A DNA stretch of 64,000 bases from positions 155,009 through 219,008 of the forward strand of contig CAVSGM010000009.1 of assembly GCA_963727485.1 (NCBI GenBank), given 5' to 3'. The notes beneath the pieces are model-generated. The model was not told where the DNA came from, did no database searches, and saw nothing but the letters and a program-made list of their open reading frames with translations. This document shows, in pieces, positions 43,272 through 53,997 of this stretch (within the stretch, counting starts at the first letter, position 1; each line of letters starts with the position of its first letter). The DNA comes from an uncultured delta proteobacterium (lineage in GTDB: Bacteria > Myxococcota > Myxococcia > SLRQ01). Position numbers and translations under genes: made by a program.

Positions 43272-45197
43272 ATGGCCTCCCTGCTCATCGCCGACGACCA
43301 CGCCCCCACCCGGGAGCTCCTCACCGAGCGCCTGGGCCAGGAGGGCTACGAGGTCCAGGGGGCCGCCGACGCCGACACCGCCTTCGAGCACTTCGCCCAC
43401 GCGCGACCGGACCTGGTGCTGGTCTCCCTGGCCCTGCCCACCGGCGACGCCCCGCACCTGGCGCGGCGGATTCGCGACACCGAGGCCGGCGCCCCGGTGC
43501 CGGTGGTGGTCTACGACGCGGCGCACCTGGGGAAGGCCCGGGGCATCCAGGCGATCCTCGAGCTCAAGGCCAACGCCTACCTCCCCGACCCCACCGTCCA
43601 CGCCGAGCTCCGGGACCGGATCCAGCGGCTCATCCACGCCCAGGCCTCGGCGCGCCCCGCCGCCGGCACCCCACCCCGGGCCGGCCGGCCGCCGAGCGTC
43701 CCCCCGGGAACCGCCCCCGCCAACGAGGAGGTCGCCGCCTCCGGGGAGCTCGCCGCCGGGGTGCTGGCCGACGTCCTGGTCGACGCCTGGCACATGCGCT
43801 TCTCCGGGGTCCTCACCCTCGAGGACGGCGACGCCCACCGGGCCCTCCACCTCCTCGACGGCGTCCCCACCGCGTTGCGCTCCAGCGTCCGGGCCGAGTC
43901 CCTGGGCCGCTTCCTCCAGGACCGGGGCGACCTCGACGAGGCCGGCTACCGCGCCACCCTCGAGGTCATGGCCGAGGGCGGGGTCTCCGAGGCCGGCGCC
44001 CTGGTGGCCACCGGGGCCATCGAGGCCGGAGACGCCCTCTACGCCGCCCTCGCCGACCACGCCGCCGCGGGGATCCGCCGGGCCTTCTCCCTGCGCCGGG
44101 GCCGCTATCGCCTGGTGCCCGGACGCCGCCGCGCCCAGGAGGCGCCGGCCCTGGAGATCGGGGGCCTCTCGCTGGTCCTCGCCGGCGCCCGCCAGGCCTA
44201 CCCGGTCGCCTTCTTCCAGAAGGCCCTCGAGCCCCGGATGGACGCCTTCCCCTACCGCCTCGCGGCCTTCGGGGAGCACCTGGGGGAGCTGGGCCTCGAG
44301 CCCGGCGAGCTCGCCTTCGCCATGAAGATCACCGGCGAGGCCACCACCCGGGACCTGGTGACGGGCGCCGGGGCCAAGATGAAGGACGCCCTCTGCGTCC
44401 TCTGGTACCTCGCCCGGGTGGAGGTGGTGCGCTTCGCCGAGGCCGCCCACCAGAGCGAGGACCGCCGGGTCTACCGCACCGCCGAGGCGGCGAGGAAGAA
44501 GAAGCCCCTGCCCCCCGAGCTCGACGCCGAGCTCCGGGAGGCGGCCCTCAAGGTCCTCACCTCCAGCTACTTCGGGGCCCTCGACCTCGACATCGCCGCC
44601 ACCGTCGACGACGTCGAGCGCGCCTACCACGAGAAGGTCCTCTTCCTCCACGCCGACGCCCACGACGCCTACGACGTCTCGCCCATCGAGGACCTCCTGC
44701 AGACGGTGGTCGACCGCCTCAACGCCGCCTACCGGGTGCTCTCGGTGGCGGAGAAGCGCAAGGCCTACCTCTCGTACCTCCTGTCCCGGCAGTCCCTGGC
44801 CTCGCGCCACGGGCCGGTGGAGGTCGACGCGGAGATCGCCCTGCGCCGGGGGACCAAGCTCATGGCCACCCGGGACTACGCCGGGGCCGAGCTGGCGTTC
44901 CGGGAGGCGGTGAGCCTCAACCCCCGGGAGCCGCAGTACTACTGCCACCTGGCCTTCGCCCAGTTCAAGAACGGCCACGGGCCCGCGGAGGTCCGGGCCA
45001 AGGAGCCGCGCAAGCTCCTCAGGAAGGCCCTGACCCAGGCGCCGGACCTCGAGGTGGCGCAGGTGCTGCTGGGGATTCTGGAGCAGGAGGTCGGCGACCG
45101 GCCGGCGGCGCGCAAGCACTTCCTCCGGGTGCTCAAGCAGAACCCCGAGAGCCAGACGGCGCGGGCGGCGCTCCAGCGGCTCGACCGGGTCGACTGA
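43272..45197 (+). CDS. Pseudo-receiver / DUF4388-like / J-domain / TPR multidomain protein
   Basis: N-terminal REC (LLIADD; phospho-Asp position is Ser), J-like domain (YFGAL..RAYH....HAD..LNAAYRVLS...RKAY), C-terminal TPRs. Confidence 0.8.
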   Translation: MASLLIADDHAPTRELLTERLGQEGYEVQGAADADTAFEHFAHARPDLVLVSLALPTGDAPHLARRIRDTEAGAPVPVVVYDAAHLGKARGIQAILELKANAYLPDPTVHAELRDRIQRLIHAQASARPAAGTPPRAGRPPSVPPGTAPANEEVAASGELAAGVLADVLVDAWHMRFSGVLTLEDGDAHRALHLLDGVPTALRSSVRAESLGRFLQDRGDLDEAGYRATLEVMAEGGVSEAGALVATGAIEAGDALYAALADHAAAGIRRAFSLRRGRYRLVPGRRRAQEAPALEIGGLSLVLAGARQAYPVAFFQKALEPRMDAFPYRLAAFGEHLGELGLEPGELAFAMKITGEATTRDLVTGAGAKMKDALCVLWYLARVEVVRFAEAAHQSEDRRVYRTAEAARKKKPLPPELDAELREAALKVLTSSYFGALDLDIAATVDDVERAYHEKVLFLHADAHDAYDVSPIEDLLQTVVDRLNAAYRVLSVAEKRKAYLSYLLSRQSLASRHGPVEVDAEIALRRGTKLMATRDYAGAELAFREAVSLNPREPQYYCHLAFAQFKNGHGPAEVRAKEPRKLLRKALTQAPDLEVAQVLLGILEQEVGDRPAARKHFLRVLKQNPESQTARAALQRLDRVD

Positions 45198-45213
45198 ACC
45201 CGGGGCCCGCGGC

Positions 45214-46023
45214 TCACACGCCGACGACCGCGAGCTTCGCCGCGTCGGCCTCCGCCACCACCCGGTCGCGATCGAGGACCAGCGTCCGACCCGCCTCCAC
45301 CGCCAGGGCCGCGCCGCCGACCTCGGCGAGGAGCGCCACGGTCCTCGGCCCGATGGCCGGCTGGTCGAAGCGCAGGTCCTGGCCGGGCTTGGCGGCCTTG
45401 ACCACCACCACCCCGCCCTTCCCCTGCTCGGCGCCCCGGCGGATGCAGGCGTCGGTGCCCTCGGTGGCCTCCACCGCCAGGACCACACCCTCCTTGAGGA
45501 CCACCGCCTGGCCCACGTCGAGGCGGCCGAGGGCGCGGACCACCTCCAGGCCGTAGGCGATGTCGCGCTGCTGGTCCTGGGTGGGCCGGCGGCGGCCAAG
45601 CGGCCCCTCGGGGCACAGGAGGCTCGGGGCCACCTCGCTCGCCGGGACCACGGGCATCCCCGCGTCCTCGAAGACCGAGGCGACGGCGCGCAGGAGCCGG
45701 TCGTCGCCCCGGGCGGTGGCGACCTTGGCCAGCAGCTTGAGGCCCAGGGCGTCGGGGCGGGCGTCCCGGAAGAAGCGGACCTTGGTGACCCCGCCGGCGA
45801 GGCAGACCCGGGTGGCGCCGCCGCGGACCAGGCCGTCGCGGATGTGGCCGAGCTGCCCCAGCTTCACCCAGGTGACCGCGTCGGCGGCCGCCTCGATGGC
45901 CGGGTCGGTCTCGCCCCGATGGGCCACGGCGACCACGGTGCTCCCCGCGGCCCGGGCCGCCTCGGCCACCAGCAACGGCAGGCGACCGTTCCCGCAGACC
46001 AGGCCGAGGACGTCCGTGCCCAT
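45214..46023 (-). CDS. lpxI: UDP-2,3-diacylglucosamine pyrophosphatase LpxI
   Basis: GLVCGNGRLP, DVGQAVV, AVEATEGTD, KP.QD.RFDQPAIG. Confidence 0.93.
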   Translation of the reverse strand: MGTDVLGLVCGNGRLPLLVAEAARAAGSTVVAVAHRGETDPAIEAAADAVTWVKLGQLGHIRDGLVRGGATRVCLAGGVTKVRFFRDARPDALGLKLLAKVATARGDDRLLRAVASVFEDAGMPVVPASEVAPSLLCPEGPLGRRRPTQDQQRDIAYGLEVVRALGRLDVGQAVVLKEGVVLAVEATEGTDACIRRGAEQGKGGVVVVKAAKPGQDLRFDQPAIGPRTVALLAEVGGAALAVEAGRTLVLDRDRVVAEADAAKLAVVGV

Positions 46024-46028
46024 GTCCG

Positions 46029-46808
46029 TCAGCGGGCCACGCCGCGCTCGCTCGCCTCGAGGAAGGCGACGAAGGCGTCGATCTCCGGGTGCCCGGCGAG
46101 CTCGTCCCGGAGGCGGGCGATGGCGTCCTTGAGGCCGAGCCCGGCGCGGAACACGGTCTTGTAGGCGGCCTTGATCCGGCGCACCTGCGCCTCGTCGTAG
46201 CCCCCGCGGGTCAGCCCCACGGTGTTGAGGCCGGCGACGCTCGCCCGGTCGCCCTGGCAGGTGCAGTAGGGCGGGACGTCCATGGTGACCATGGAGCCCC
46301 CGGAGACGAAGGCGTAGCTGCCCACGCGCACGAACTGGTGGATCGCCGCCAGGCCCCCGACGGTGACGTGATCGCCGAGGGTCACGTGCCCGGCGAGGGT
46401 GGCGCCGTTGGCGAGGATGCAGCCGTCGCCGACGACGCAGTCGTGGGCCACGTGGCTGTAGCTCATCACCAGGTTGTTCGAGCCCAGGCGGGTGACGCCG
46501 CCGCCCCCCTCGGTGCCGATGTGCACCGTGCAGAACTCCCGGAACAGGTTGCCGTCGCCGCACTCGAGGCGGGTGGGCTCGCCGCGGTACTTGAGGTCCT
46601 GGGGGACGCAGCCCACCGCGGCCTGGGGGAAGACGCGGGTGCCCTTGCCCAGGGTGGTGTGGCCGTCGACGACCGCGTGGGCGCCCACGGTGGAGCCGGC
46701 GCCGAGGCGGACGTGGGGCCCGACGACCGCGAAGGGCCCGACCTCGACGCCCTCGTCGAGCTCGGCGCCCTCGGCGACGATCGCCGTGGGGTGGACGGCG
46801 GTGGCCAT
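46029..46808 (-). CDS. lpxA: UDP-N-acetylglucosamine O-acyltransferase
   Basis: HPTAIV hexapeptide repeats, PQDLKY, HVAHDC, LAGHV, HQF. Confidence 0.95.
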   Translation of the reverse strand: MATAVHPTAIVAEGAELDEGVEVGPFAVVGPHVRLGAGSTVGAHAVVDGHTTLGKGTRVFPQAAVGCVPQDLKYRGEPTRLECGDGNLFREFCTVHIGTEGGGGVTRLGSNNLVMSYSHVAHDCVVGDGCILANGATLAGHVTLGDHVTVGGLAAIHQFVRVGSYAFVSGGSMVTMDVPPYCTCQGDRASVAGLNTVGLTRGGYDEAQVRRIKAAYKTVFRAGLGLKDAIARLRDELAGHPEIDAFVAFLEASERGVAR

Positions 46809-47248
46809 CAGGCGCTCTCGCGATCGCGGATGGTGGCGAGGAACTCGCACTCGGCGACCTTCTTGCCCTCGACCTTGGCGACCCCCTTCTGCTTCCAGAT
46901 GGTGCCCTTGCGGCGCACCAGCTCCACCTCGAGGTCGAGGCGGTCGCCGGGGATCACCGGCTGGCGGAAGCGGACCCGGTCCATGCCCATGAGGTAGATG
47001 ACCTTGCCCTGGGCGTCGACGCCGGCGGTGGCGTGGGCCAAGAGCGCCGCCGCCTGGGCCATGGCCTCGCAGATGAGGACGCCCGGCATCACCGGGTGGC
47101 CGGGGAAGTGGCCGTTGAAGAAGTCCTCGTTGGTGGTGACGTTCTTGTAGCAGGCGATGCGCACCCCCGGCTCGACCGAGACCACCCGGTCGACGAGGAG
47201 GAACGGGTAGCGATGGGGCAGGATCTCCTGGATCTCGCTGATGTCCAC
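46808..47248 (-). CDS. fabZ: 3-hydroxyacyl-ACP dehydratase (start GTG 47248; alternative ATG 47281)
   Basis: [36 protein letters not shown]. Confidence 0.96.
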   Translation of the reverse strand: MDISEIQEILPHRYPFLLVDRVVSVEPGVRIACYKNVTTNEDFFNGHFPGHPVMPGVLICEAMAQAAALLAHATAGVDAQGKVIYLMGMDRVRFRQPVIPGDRLDLEVELVRRKGTIWKQKGVAKVEGKKVAECEFLATIRDRESA

Positions 47249-47305
47249 GACGGGCTCCCTGTCCTTGAGTGGGGCGGGCATCCTAGACCGGCGCCCGCCG
47301 TCCCG

Positions 47306-48346
47306 TCACGCCTCGTCGTCGAGGCGGCGCTCCAGGCGGCGGACGCGCCGGACGAGCTCGGGGAGCTCCCGTAGAGCGGCCATGGCCTTGAGCCAGGCGC
47401 GGTGGGGCATGGCCGGGTAGCCGCTGTAGACCCCGGCCTTGCGCACGCTGCCCACGGTCCCGGACTTGGCGGCGACGGTCACTCCGTCGGCGAGGTCGGC
47501 GTGGCCCACCACCCCGGCCTGCCCGGCGAGGACCACCCCGGCGCCGAGGGTGGCGCTCCCGGCGACGCCCGCCTGGCCGCAGAGGATGGACAGGGGACCG
47601 ATGGTGACGTTGTGGCCCACCTGCACCAGGTTGTCGATCTTGGTGCCGTGGCCGATGACGGTGGCGCCGGTGGTCGCCCGGTCGATGCAGCTCCCGGCGC
47701 CGATCTCCACGTCGTCCTCGATCCGGACGATGCCCACCTGGGGGATCTTGCGGTGCAGGGGGCGGCCGTCGTCGCCCACGTCCTGGGCGTAGCCGAAGCC
47801 GTCGGCCCCGATGACCACCCGGGGCTGGAGCCGGACCCGGTCGCCGAGCTCGCAGCCCTCGCGGATGACGCAGCCCGCCTGGAGCTGACAGTCGGCGCCG
47901 ATGCGGGCGTCGGGGCCCACGTAGACCTGGGGGTGGAGCACGGTGCGGGGCCCCACCCGGGCCCCGGCAGCCACGAAGACGAAGGCACCGACGCTGGCGG
48001 TCGGGTCCACCTCGGCGCCGTCCTCGATCACCGCCCGGGGGTCGACCCCCGGCGCGGAGATGGGCTCCGGATGGAGGATCGCCAGCGCCCGGGCATGACC
48101 CGCGGCGGGCCGGGGGTGCACCAGGCAGGCGAAGGCCACCTCGCCGAGGGCGTCGGCGGTGGTGGCATCGAGGATGACGGCGGTGGCCGCCGTGGCCTCG
48201 AGCTGGGCGCGGTACCGGGGGTTGGCGTAGAACGCCAGGTCCCCGGGCCCGGCCTCGGCGAGACCGGCGGCGGCGCCCACCTCGGCGTCACCGTCGCCAC
48301 GAAGCTCGGCGCCGATGGCGCCGGCGAGCTCCGAGAGTCGGACCAT
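47306..48346 (-). CDS. lpxD: UDP-3-O-(3-hydroxyacyl)glucosamine N-acyltransferase
   Basis: IGADGFGY, KIPQVG.V.IEDDVEIGA, KIDNLVQVGHN. Confidence 0.95.
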   Translation of the reverse strand: MVRLSELAGAIGAELRGDGDAEVGAAAGLAEAGPGDLAFYANPRYRAQLEATAATAVILDATTADALGEVAFACLVHPRPAAGHARALAILHPEPISAPGVDPRAVIEDGAEVDPTASVGAFVFVAAGARVGPRTVLHPQVYVGPDARIGADCQLQAGCVIREGCELGDRVRLQPRVVIGADGFGYAQDVGDDGRPLHRKIPQVGIVRIEDDVEIGAGSCIDRATTGATVIGHGTKIDNLVQVGHNVTIGPLSILCGQAGVAGSATLGAGVVLAGQAGVVGHADLADGVTVAAKSGTVGSVRKAGVYSGYPAMPHRAWLKAMAALRELPELVRRVRRLERRLDDEA

Positions 48347-48351
48347 GCCGC

Positions 48352-48933
48352 CTACTTCTTCTTCTTGGCGGTCTTCTTGTGGTGCGTCGCCGAGCGGCCG
48401 TGCTTGTGCCCGAACCGGGCGTTGTACCGGCGGATCAGCTCGTTGGTGATGTCCATGTCCGGCTTGGCCCAGACGATGCTGTCGGCGTTGAGGATCACGT
48501 CCAGGTTGTTCTCCTGGGCGATCTTCGCGAAGAGCGGCTGCATCTTCTGGATGATCTTGCCGGTGAGCTCCTTCTCCCGGGCCATGAGCTGCTTCTGGAG
48601 GCTGACGTAGGTCTGCTGCAGGTCGAGGTACTTGCGCTGCAGCTCCTCCTGCTTCTCCTTGCGCTTGGCCGGATCCATGGTGGCCGCGCGCTTGTCCAGG
48701 TCCTCCTTGAGGCTGCGCAGCTCGTCCTGGCGCTTGTCGAGGAGCTTCTGCTTGTCCTTGAAGTCGGCCTGGAGCTGGGTCTTGGCGGCCCGGCCCTCGT
48801 CGACCTGCATCAGGGCGCGCTGGACGTCGACCACGCCGATGGTGGTGCCGTCGGCGCGGGCCCGCGAGGCCGCGCCCAGGGTGAGACCGACGACCAGCAG
48901 GCCGAGGATGGGACGAATCATCTGACGCTTCAT
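48352..48933 (-). CDS. skp: Periplasmic chaperone Skp/OmpH
   Basis: Signal peptide, IGVVDVQRAL, coiled coil, DITNELI. Confidence 0.9.
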   Translation of the reverse strand: MKRQMIRPILGLLVVGLTLGAASRARADGTTIGVVDVQRALMQVDEGRAAKTQLQADFKDKQKLLDKRQDELRSLKEDLDKRAATMDPAKRKEKQEELQRKYLDLQQTYVSLQKQLMAREKELTGKIIQKMQPLFAKIAQENNLDVILNADSIVWAKPDMDITNELIRRYNARFGHKHGRSATHHKKTAKKKK

Positions 48934-48973
48934 CTTGACCTCTCGAGTGGGTGCGAACGCCGTCGGGCGCGGG

Positions 48974-49002
48974 ACGTTACTGGCGGCCTGGAGGGCCGTC
49001 AA
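48974..49002 (-). promoter_or_regulatory. sigma70 promoter upstream of skp
   Basis: TTGACG (48997-49002) N17 TAACGT (48974-48979). Confidence 0.65.
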
Positions 49003-49020
49003 TGGCGCCGTACGGCGGGA

Positions 49021-51354
49021 TTAGAAGAAGTTCCCCACGGTAAATTCAAAGTGGATGGTCTCGTCCTGGGGACGACGCGTGAGCGGGATGCCCCACTCGA
49101 ACCGCAGGGGACCGATGGGCGAGAACCACCGGACCCCGAACCCGACGTCGTGGTACATGCCCAGCGGCAGGTTGGTCTGGCGGTCCTGGAACCACTGCTC
49201 GTTGTCGCTCCAGGCGTTGCCCACGTCGTAGAAGACCACGCCCCGGAGCCCGATGGGCGGCAGGAGCGGGAACTCGAACTCGAAGTTGGCCACCGCCTGC
49301 TTGTTGCCGCCGATCTGGAAGGCCGAGGTCGCCGCCCCCGGGTCACCCGAGGTGGGGAACTGCACGGTGGGCGAGATGGACCGGAGGACGTAGCCGCGCA
49401 GGTCGTAGACCCCGCCGAGGTAGTAGCGCTCGGAGAGCGGGAACTTGGGCCCGGTGATCTCCCCGAGCTGGATCTGGAGGCGCGCGACGATCCCCAGGAC
49501 CAGCGGGTAGTAGAAGCGGCTGGTGAGGCTCAAGCGGGTGTAGTCGTTCTGGGAGCCGAGCCACGGCGCCGCGTACTCCGCCGAGAAGGTCTGGTAGGTG
49601 CCGCGGGTGGGGAAGAGGCGGTTGTCGCGGGTGTCGTAGGTGATGGTCGCCTTCACCGAGGAGGTCCGCCCGCCGGTGGCGAAGCCCGCGGGGATGATGC
49701 GGTTGAACTCCTCGCTCACGTCTTCCAGGGTGTAGGTGAGGAAGAGGTGGAGGTTGTCGACCAGGCGGTAGCCCCAGGTGACGTTGCCGCCGGTGGTGTG
49801 GCTGATGAACGAGTTGTACTGGGCCCGGGTGTTGAAGGCCCCGAAGGCGAAGGTCCAGGGGGTGTCGAAGAAGTAGGGCTCGACGAAGTTGAGCTGGAAG
49901 ATCGTCTGCAGGCTCGAGGACTGCCACTGCAGCGAGACCGACTGCCCCCGCCCGAAGAGGTTGTCGTGGGAGATCTGGGCGGTGATCAGCAGGCCCTGCC
50001 CCGAGGAGTAGCCCGCGCCCACCTGGAAGGTGCCGGTGGCGCGCTCCTTGACGTCCACCACCAGGTCGATGCGGTCCTTGCGCTTGGCGGGCTTGGTCTG
50101 GATGTCGACGTTGGAGAAGTAGCCCAGCGCGTTGATGCGCTTCTTGGAGAGCTTGATCCGGGTGCCGCTGAAGAGGTCGCCCTCGGAGATGCGCATCTCC
50201 CGGCGGATGACCTTGTCCCGGGTCTGGGTGTTCCCGGTGATCTCGATGCGCCCGATGTAGACCTTCTCGCCCTTGTCGACGTCGAGGGTGATGTCGATGG
50301 TCTTCTTCTTGGGGTGGACGTTGGTCAGCGGGACCACGTTGACGTAGGCGTAGCCCCGGTCGCGGTACTCGTCGGTGATCCCGAAGATGTCCTTGGCGAG
50401 GTTGCTGCGGCGGAACAGGGCGCCGCTCCTGATGTTCAGGGACTTCATCAGCTGGGCCTTCTTGCCCAGCAGGTCCCCGGACATGTCCACCTTGCCCACG
50501 TGGTACTGCTCGCCCTCGGTCACCGGGATGGTGATGAAGAGGTAGCGCTTGTCCGGCGAGAGGGTGACCACCGGCCGCCCGACCTTCACGTTGATGTAGC
50601 CCTCGTCGTAGTAGACGGAGGCGACGCGGATGAGGTCGCGGTCGAAGGCGTCCTTCTTGTAGGTGCCGGTCCCGGTGACGAACGAGATCCAGCCGCCCTC
50701 CCGGGTCTCGATGGCGCCCCGGAGGGTATCGCCGGAGATGTGATCGTTGCCCACGAAGCGGATGGTCTTGACCATCACCTTCGCGTGCTCGTCGACCACG
50801 AACACCACGTCCACCGAGTCCTCGCCCTTCACCGGGCGGATGTCGGGCTTGACCCTGGCCAGGTAGTAGCCCTTCTCCACGTACTTCTTCTCGATGGCCC
50901 GGGCGGTGTTCTCCACCGCGGTCATGTCGAGGGTGGTGTAGGGCTTCACCTCGACGACGTCCTTGATGTCGTCGTGGGAGAGGTTGTCCATCCCCTGGTA
51001 CTTCACCGCGTGGACCGCGGGCTTCTCGGTGACCCGGAACACCACCACCGGCCCGGCCGTCCCGGCCTCCTTGGCGGTGAGGAGGCGGACCTCGACGTCC
51101 TCGAAGAAGCCCATCTTGTAGATGGTGCGGATGTCGTCGGCGACCTTCTGCCGGTCGACGGGCTCGCCCTTCTTGGTCTTCAGCTCCCGGAGGACGGCGT
51201 CGGACTCGACGCGACGGTTGCCCTCGATGCGCACGTCGGCGAGCGGCGCCGTGGGCAGCGTCTTCGCAGGGCGTGGAGGAGCCGCGACGTCGGCGCGGGC
51301 GAGGCCCGCGGGCGCGAGAAGGGCGACGACCAGGAGCAGGGCGAGAGAGCGCAT
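49021..51354 (-). CDS. bamA: Outer membrane protein assembly factor BamA
   Basis: Five POTRA-like domains, LRGY motif, SPIGPLRFEWG, C-terminal Phe. Confidence 0.95.
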   Translation of the reverse strand: MRSLALLLVVALLAPAGLARADVAAPPRPAKTLPTAPLADVRIEGNRRVESDAVLRELKTKKGEPVDRQKVADDIRTIYKMGFFEDVEVRLLTAKEAGTAGPVVVFRVTEKPAVHAVKYQGMDNLSHDDIKDVVEVKPYTTLDMTAVENTARAIEKKYVEKGYYLARVKPDIRPVKGEDSVDVVFVVDEHAKVMVKTIRFVGNDHISGDTLRGAIETREGGWISFVTGTGTYKKDAFDRDLIRVASVYYDEGYINVKVGRPVVTLSPDKRYLFITIPVTEGEQYHVGKVDMSGDLLGKKAQLMKSLNIRSGALFRRSNLAKDIFGITDEYRDRGYAYVNVVPLTNVHPKKKTIDITLDVDKGEKVYIGRIEITGNTQTRDKVIRREMRISEGDLFSGTRIKLSKKRINALGYFSNVDIQTKPAKRKDRIDLVVDVKERATGTFQVGAGYSSGQGLLITAQISHDNLFGRGQSVSLQWQSSSLQTIFQLNFVEPYFFDTPWTFAFGAFNTRAQYNSFISHTTGGNVTWGYRLVDNLHLFLTYTLEDVSEEFNRIIPAGFATGGRTSSVKATITYDTRDNRLFPTRGTYQTFSAEYAAPWLGSQNDYTRLSLTSRFYYPLVLGIVARLQIQLGEITGPKFPLSERYYLGGVYDLRGYVLRSISPTVQFPTSGDPGAATSAFQIGGNKQAVANFEFEFPLLPPIGLRGVVFYDVGNAWSDNEQWFQDRQTNLPLGMYHDVGFGVRWFSPIGPLRFEWGIPLTRRPQDETIHFEFTVGNFF

Positions 51355-51356
51355 CG

Positions 51357-52064
51357 TCAGGCAGCGTCCTCGATCCGGCCGTCCACCATCCGCAGGCGGC
51401 GGGGCATCCGCTCGGCCAGGGCCGGGTTGTGGGTGACCACGAGGGCGGTGATGCCCATCTCGCGGTTCATCTCGAAGAGGATCTGGTGGATGCCCTCGGC
51501 GGTGTCCTCGTCGAGGTTGCCGGTGGGCTCGTCGGCGAGGAGGAGCCTCGGACGCATCACCAGGGCACGGGCCAGGGCCACGCGCTGCTGCTCCCCACCC
51601 GAGAGCTCGCTGGGCTTGTGCTCCAGGCGATCCTCGAGCCCCACCCGGAGGAGGATCTCCCGGGCGCGGCGGGTGGCCTCGGGCACGGGGACCCGGGCGA
51701 CCAGGGCGGGCATCATGGTGTTCTCCAGGGCGGTGAACTCGCGCAGCAGGTAGTGGAACTGGAAGACGAAGCCGATGGAGGCGTTGCGGAAGTCGGCGAG
51801 GGTGGCGTCGTCACGGTGAAAGACCTCCTCGCCGTCGTAGCGCACGGTGCCCGAGGTCGGGGCGTCGAGGGTGCCGAGGACGTGGAGGAAGGTGCTCTTG
51901 CCGACCCCGCTGTGGCCGATGAGGGATACCAGCTCACCGGCCCCCAGGTCGAGATCGATCCCCTTGAGGACCTCGATCCGCTTTCCCAGGAGGACGTAGT
52001 CCTTCCGGAGGCCCTGGCAGCTGACCAGGGGCCGGGGCGCCGGGGTGGCCACCGCCTCACTCAT
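51357..52064 (-). CDS. lolD: Lipoprotein-releasing ABC transporter ATPase
   Basis: [44 protein letters not shown]. Confidence 0.9.
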   Translation of the reverse strand: MSEAVATPAPRPLVSCQGLRKDYVLLGKRIEVLKGIDLDLGAGELVSLIGHSGVGKSTFLHVLGTLDAPTSGTVRYDGEEVFHRDDATLADFRNASIGFVFQFHYLLREFTALENTMMPALVARVPVPEATRRAREILLRVGLEDRLEHKPSELSGGEQQRVALARALVMRPRLLLADEPTGNLDEDTAEGIHQILFEMNREMGITALVVTHNPALAERMPRRLRMVDGRIEDAA

Positions 52065-53997
52065 CGCGCAGGCCCTCCACCGGGTGCAGCCGGCTGGCGG
52101 TGACGCTGGGGTAGATGGTGGCCAGGTAGGAGAGGATCACGGCGATGATGCAGGTGAGGACGATCTGCAGCGGCTCCACGCGCACCGGGAGCGTGGAGAT
52201 GTAATAGACCTGCGGGTCGAGGCTGATGATCCCGCTGCCCACCAGGGCACAGGAGGCCAGCCCCAGCACCACCCCCACCGCCGTCCCGATGAGGCCCACG
52301 GTCAGCCCCTCGAGGACGAAGACCTTCATGATCGACGCGTCGCGCACCCCCATGGACTTGAGGATGGCGATCTCCTTGCCCTTCTCCATGACCATCATGA
52401 TCAGGGTGGCGAGGATCACGAACGAGGCGACCAGGACGATGAAGGCCAGGATCACCGCCATCACCAGCTTCTCGAGCTTCAGGGCCGAGAAGAGGTTCTT
52501 GTTCATCTCGCCCCAGTCCTTCGTATAGAAGGGGTAGCCCTCGAGATGGGTCAGCACCCGGTGGGTGATGGCGCGGGTGTCGTCGATGTCGGTGGTGCGC
52601 AGCTCGAGGCCGGTGACCGCCTTGCCCATGTCGAAGAAGCGCTGGGCCTGGGGCAGGTCGATGTAGCCGAACTTCGAGTCGTACTCGTACATCCCGGTGT
52701 AGAAGATCGCCGCCACCCGGAAGGTCTTGGAGCGGGGCACCGGGCCGGTGGGGCCGAGGTCCTGGCTCACCGGGGAGATGACGGTGACCTTGTCGCCGAC
52801 CATGGCGCGGAGGCTCCGGGCGAGCTCCTGGCCGATGGCGATGCCCGCGAGGACGTGGGCGGGCGGGGCCTGGACGTCCCCGGCGGCGCCGGGTGTGCCG
52901 GCGTCGGGCGCGGCGTCCCCGGCGGGGGACGTCCTGGCGCCCTTGGGCCCCGGCGGGGTGGCGGTCTCGGGCCCGGCCGGCGGCGCCTGGTCGCCCTGGA
53001 ACCCCAGGTCCGACTCGTGGGCGGTGGCCCAGGGGAGGATCTTCGCCGGGTGCGCGAGGAACGAGAGCTTCCCCGAGACCACGTTCTTGGGCAGGTCGGT
53101 GACCTGGCCCACGGTGGCGGGGTTGATGCCCTTGAGCACCACGCCCTCGGTCTGGGTCCCGGTGCTCACCATCACCGTGCCGATGACGAAGGGGCTCACC
53201 CCGGTGATGCCCTTGACCTGCCGCACGTCCTTCTCGACGTTCTGCCACTCGTCGAAGGGGGTGGCGTACTTGAGGACCACCGCGTGGGCGTTGGTGCCGA
53301 GGATCTTGGCCTGGAGGTCGGCCTCGAACCCGCTCATCACCGAGAGCACCACCACCAGGGCCCAGACGCCCACGGCCACGGCGCACACCGAGATCACGGT
53401 GATCACCGAGATGAAGGTGGTGCGCTTCTTGGCGAGCAGGTGCCGGCGGGCGATGTAGCGCTCGTAGGAGAAGCCCAGGTCGAGGGGCCCCGAGCCGCCG
53501 AGGAGGAAGCCGAAGGTGCTGCCGAGGAACCCGAAGAAGAGGATGCCGAAGGTGGCACCGGCGGCGGCGCCGACGAGGTGGCCCAGGGCGTCGCCGGCGA
53601 GGACCCCGGGGAGGAGCGCCGGGTTGGCGTGGACCACCGCCGCGGCGCCGGCCCCGAGGCCGAAGATCGCCAGGGACACCAGGAAGTGCTCGAGGAGGCA
53701 GAGCTTGCGCCCCACCCGCGCGGCGAGGAAGCCGCCGGCCAGCTCCACCAGCACCCCCACCACCAGGGCGGTGGCGAGCGACCCGTCGCTGCTCCACTCC
53801 AGGCGGTCGTAGAGGATCTCGAAGACCCCGGCGCCGAGGCCGAGGGTCACCACCCCGGTCGCCGCCACCACCCCAAACGCCAGGGGGTGGAAGGTGCGGG
53901 GCTTGCGGCGCCCCACCCGCCCCACCTTCAGGTGCGGCGGCGGCTCCGGGGGCCCCGGGGGCGAGGCCTCGGAGGGTGGCTGGGCGCTCGGGATCAT
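52057..53997 (-). CDS. lolE: Lipoprotein-releasing permease LolC/E (single copy) with N-terminal multi-TM extension
   Basis: [56 protein letters not shown]. Confidence 0.85.
   Translation of the reverse strand: MIPSAQPPSEASPPGPPEPPPHLKVGRVGRRKPRTFHPLAFGVVAATGVVTLGLGAGVFEILYDRLEWSSDGSLATALVVGVLVELAGGFLAARVGRKLCLLEHFLVSLAIFGLGAGAAAVVHANPALLPGVLAGDALGHLVGAAAGATFGILFFGFLGSTFGFLLGGSGPLDLGFSYERYIARRHLLAKKRTTFISVITVISVCAVAVGVWALVVVLSVMSGFEADLQAKILGTNAHAVVLKYATPFDEWQNVEKDVRQVKGITGVSPFVIGTVMVSTGTQTEGVVLKGINPATVGQVTDLPKNVVSGKLSFLAHPAKILPWATAHESDLGFQGDQAPPAGPETATPPGPKGARTSPAGDAAPDAGTPGAAGDVQAPPAHVLAGIAIGQELARSLRAMVGDKVTVISPVSQDLGPTGPVPRSKTFRVAAIFYTGMYEYDSKFGYIDLPQAQRFFDMGKAVTGLELRTTDIDDTRAITHRVLTHLEGYPFYTKDWGEMNKNLFSALKLEKLVMAVILAFIVLVASFVILATLIMMVMEKGKEIAILKSMGVRDASIMKVFVLEGLTVGLIGTAVGVVLGLASCALVGSGIISLDPQVYYISTLPVRVEPLQIVLTCIIAVILSYLATIYPSVTASRLHPVEGLRDE

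Noticed and set aside
48379..51753. 1124-aa plus-strand ORF, and similar long ORFs such as 36835-39813, 6686-9319 and most of 41943-45599
   Set aside because: Antisense or off-frame to well-supported genes; long stop-free frames are expected at this GC content
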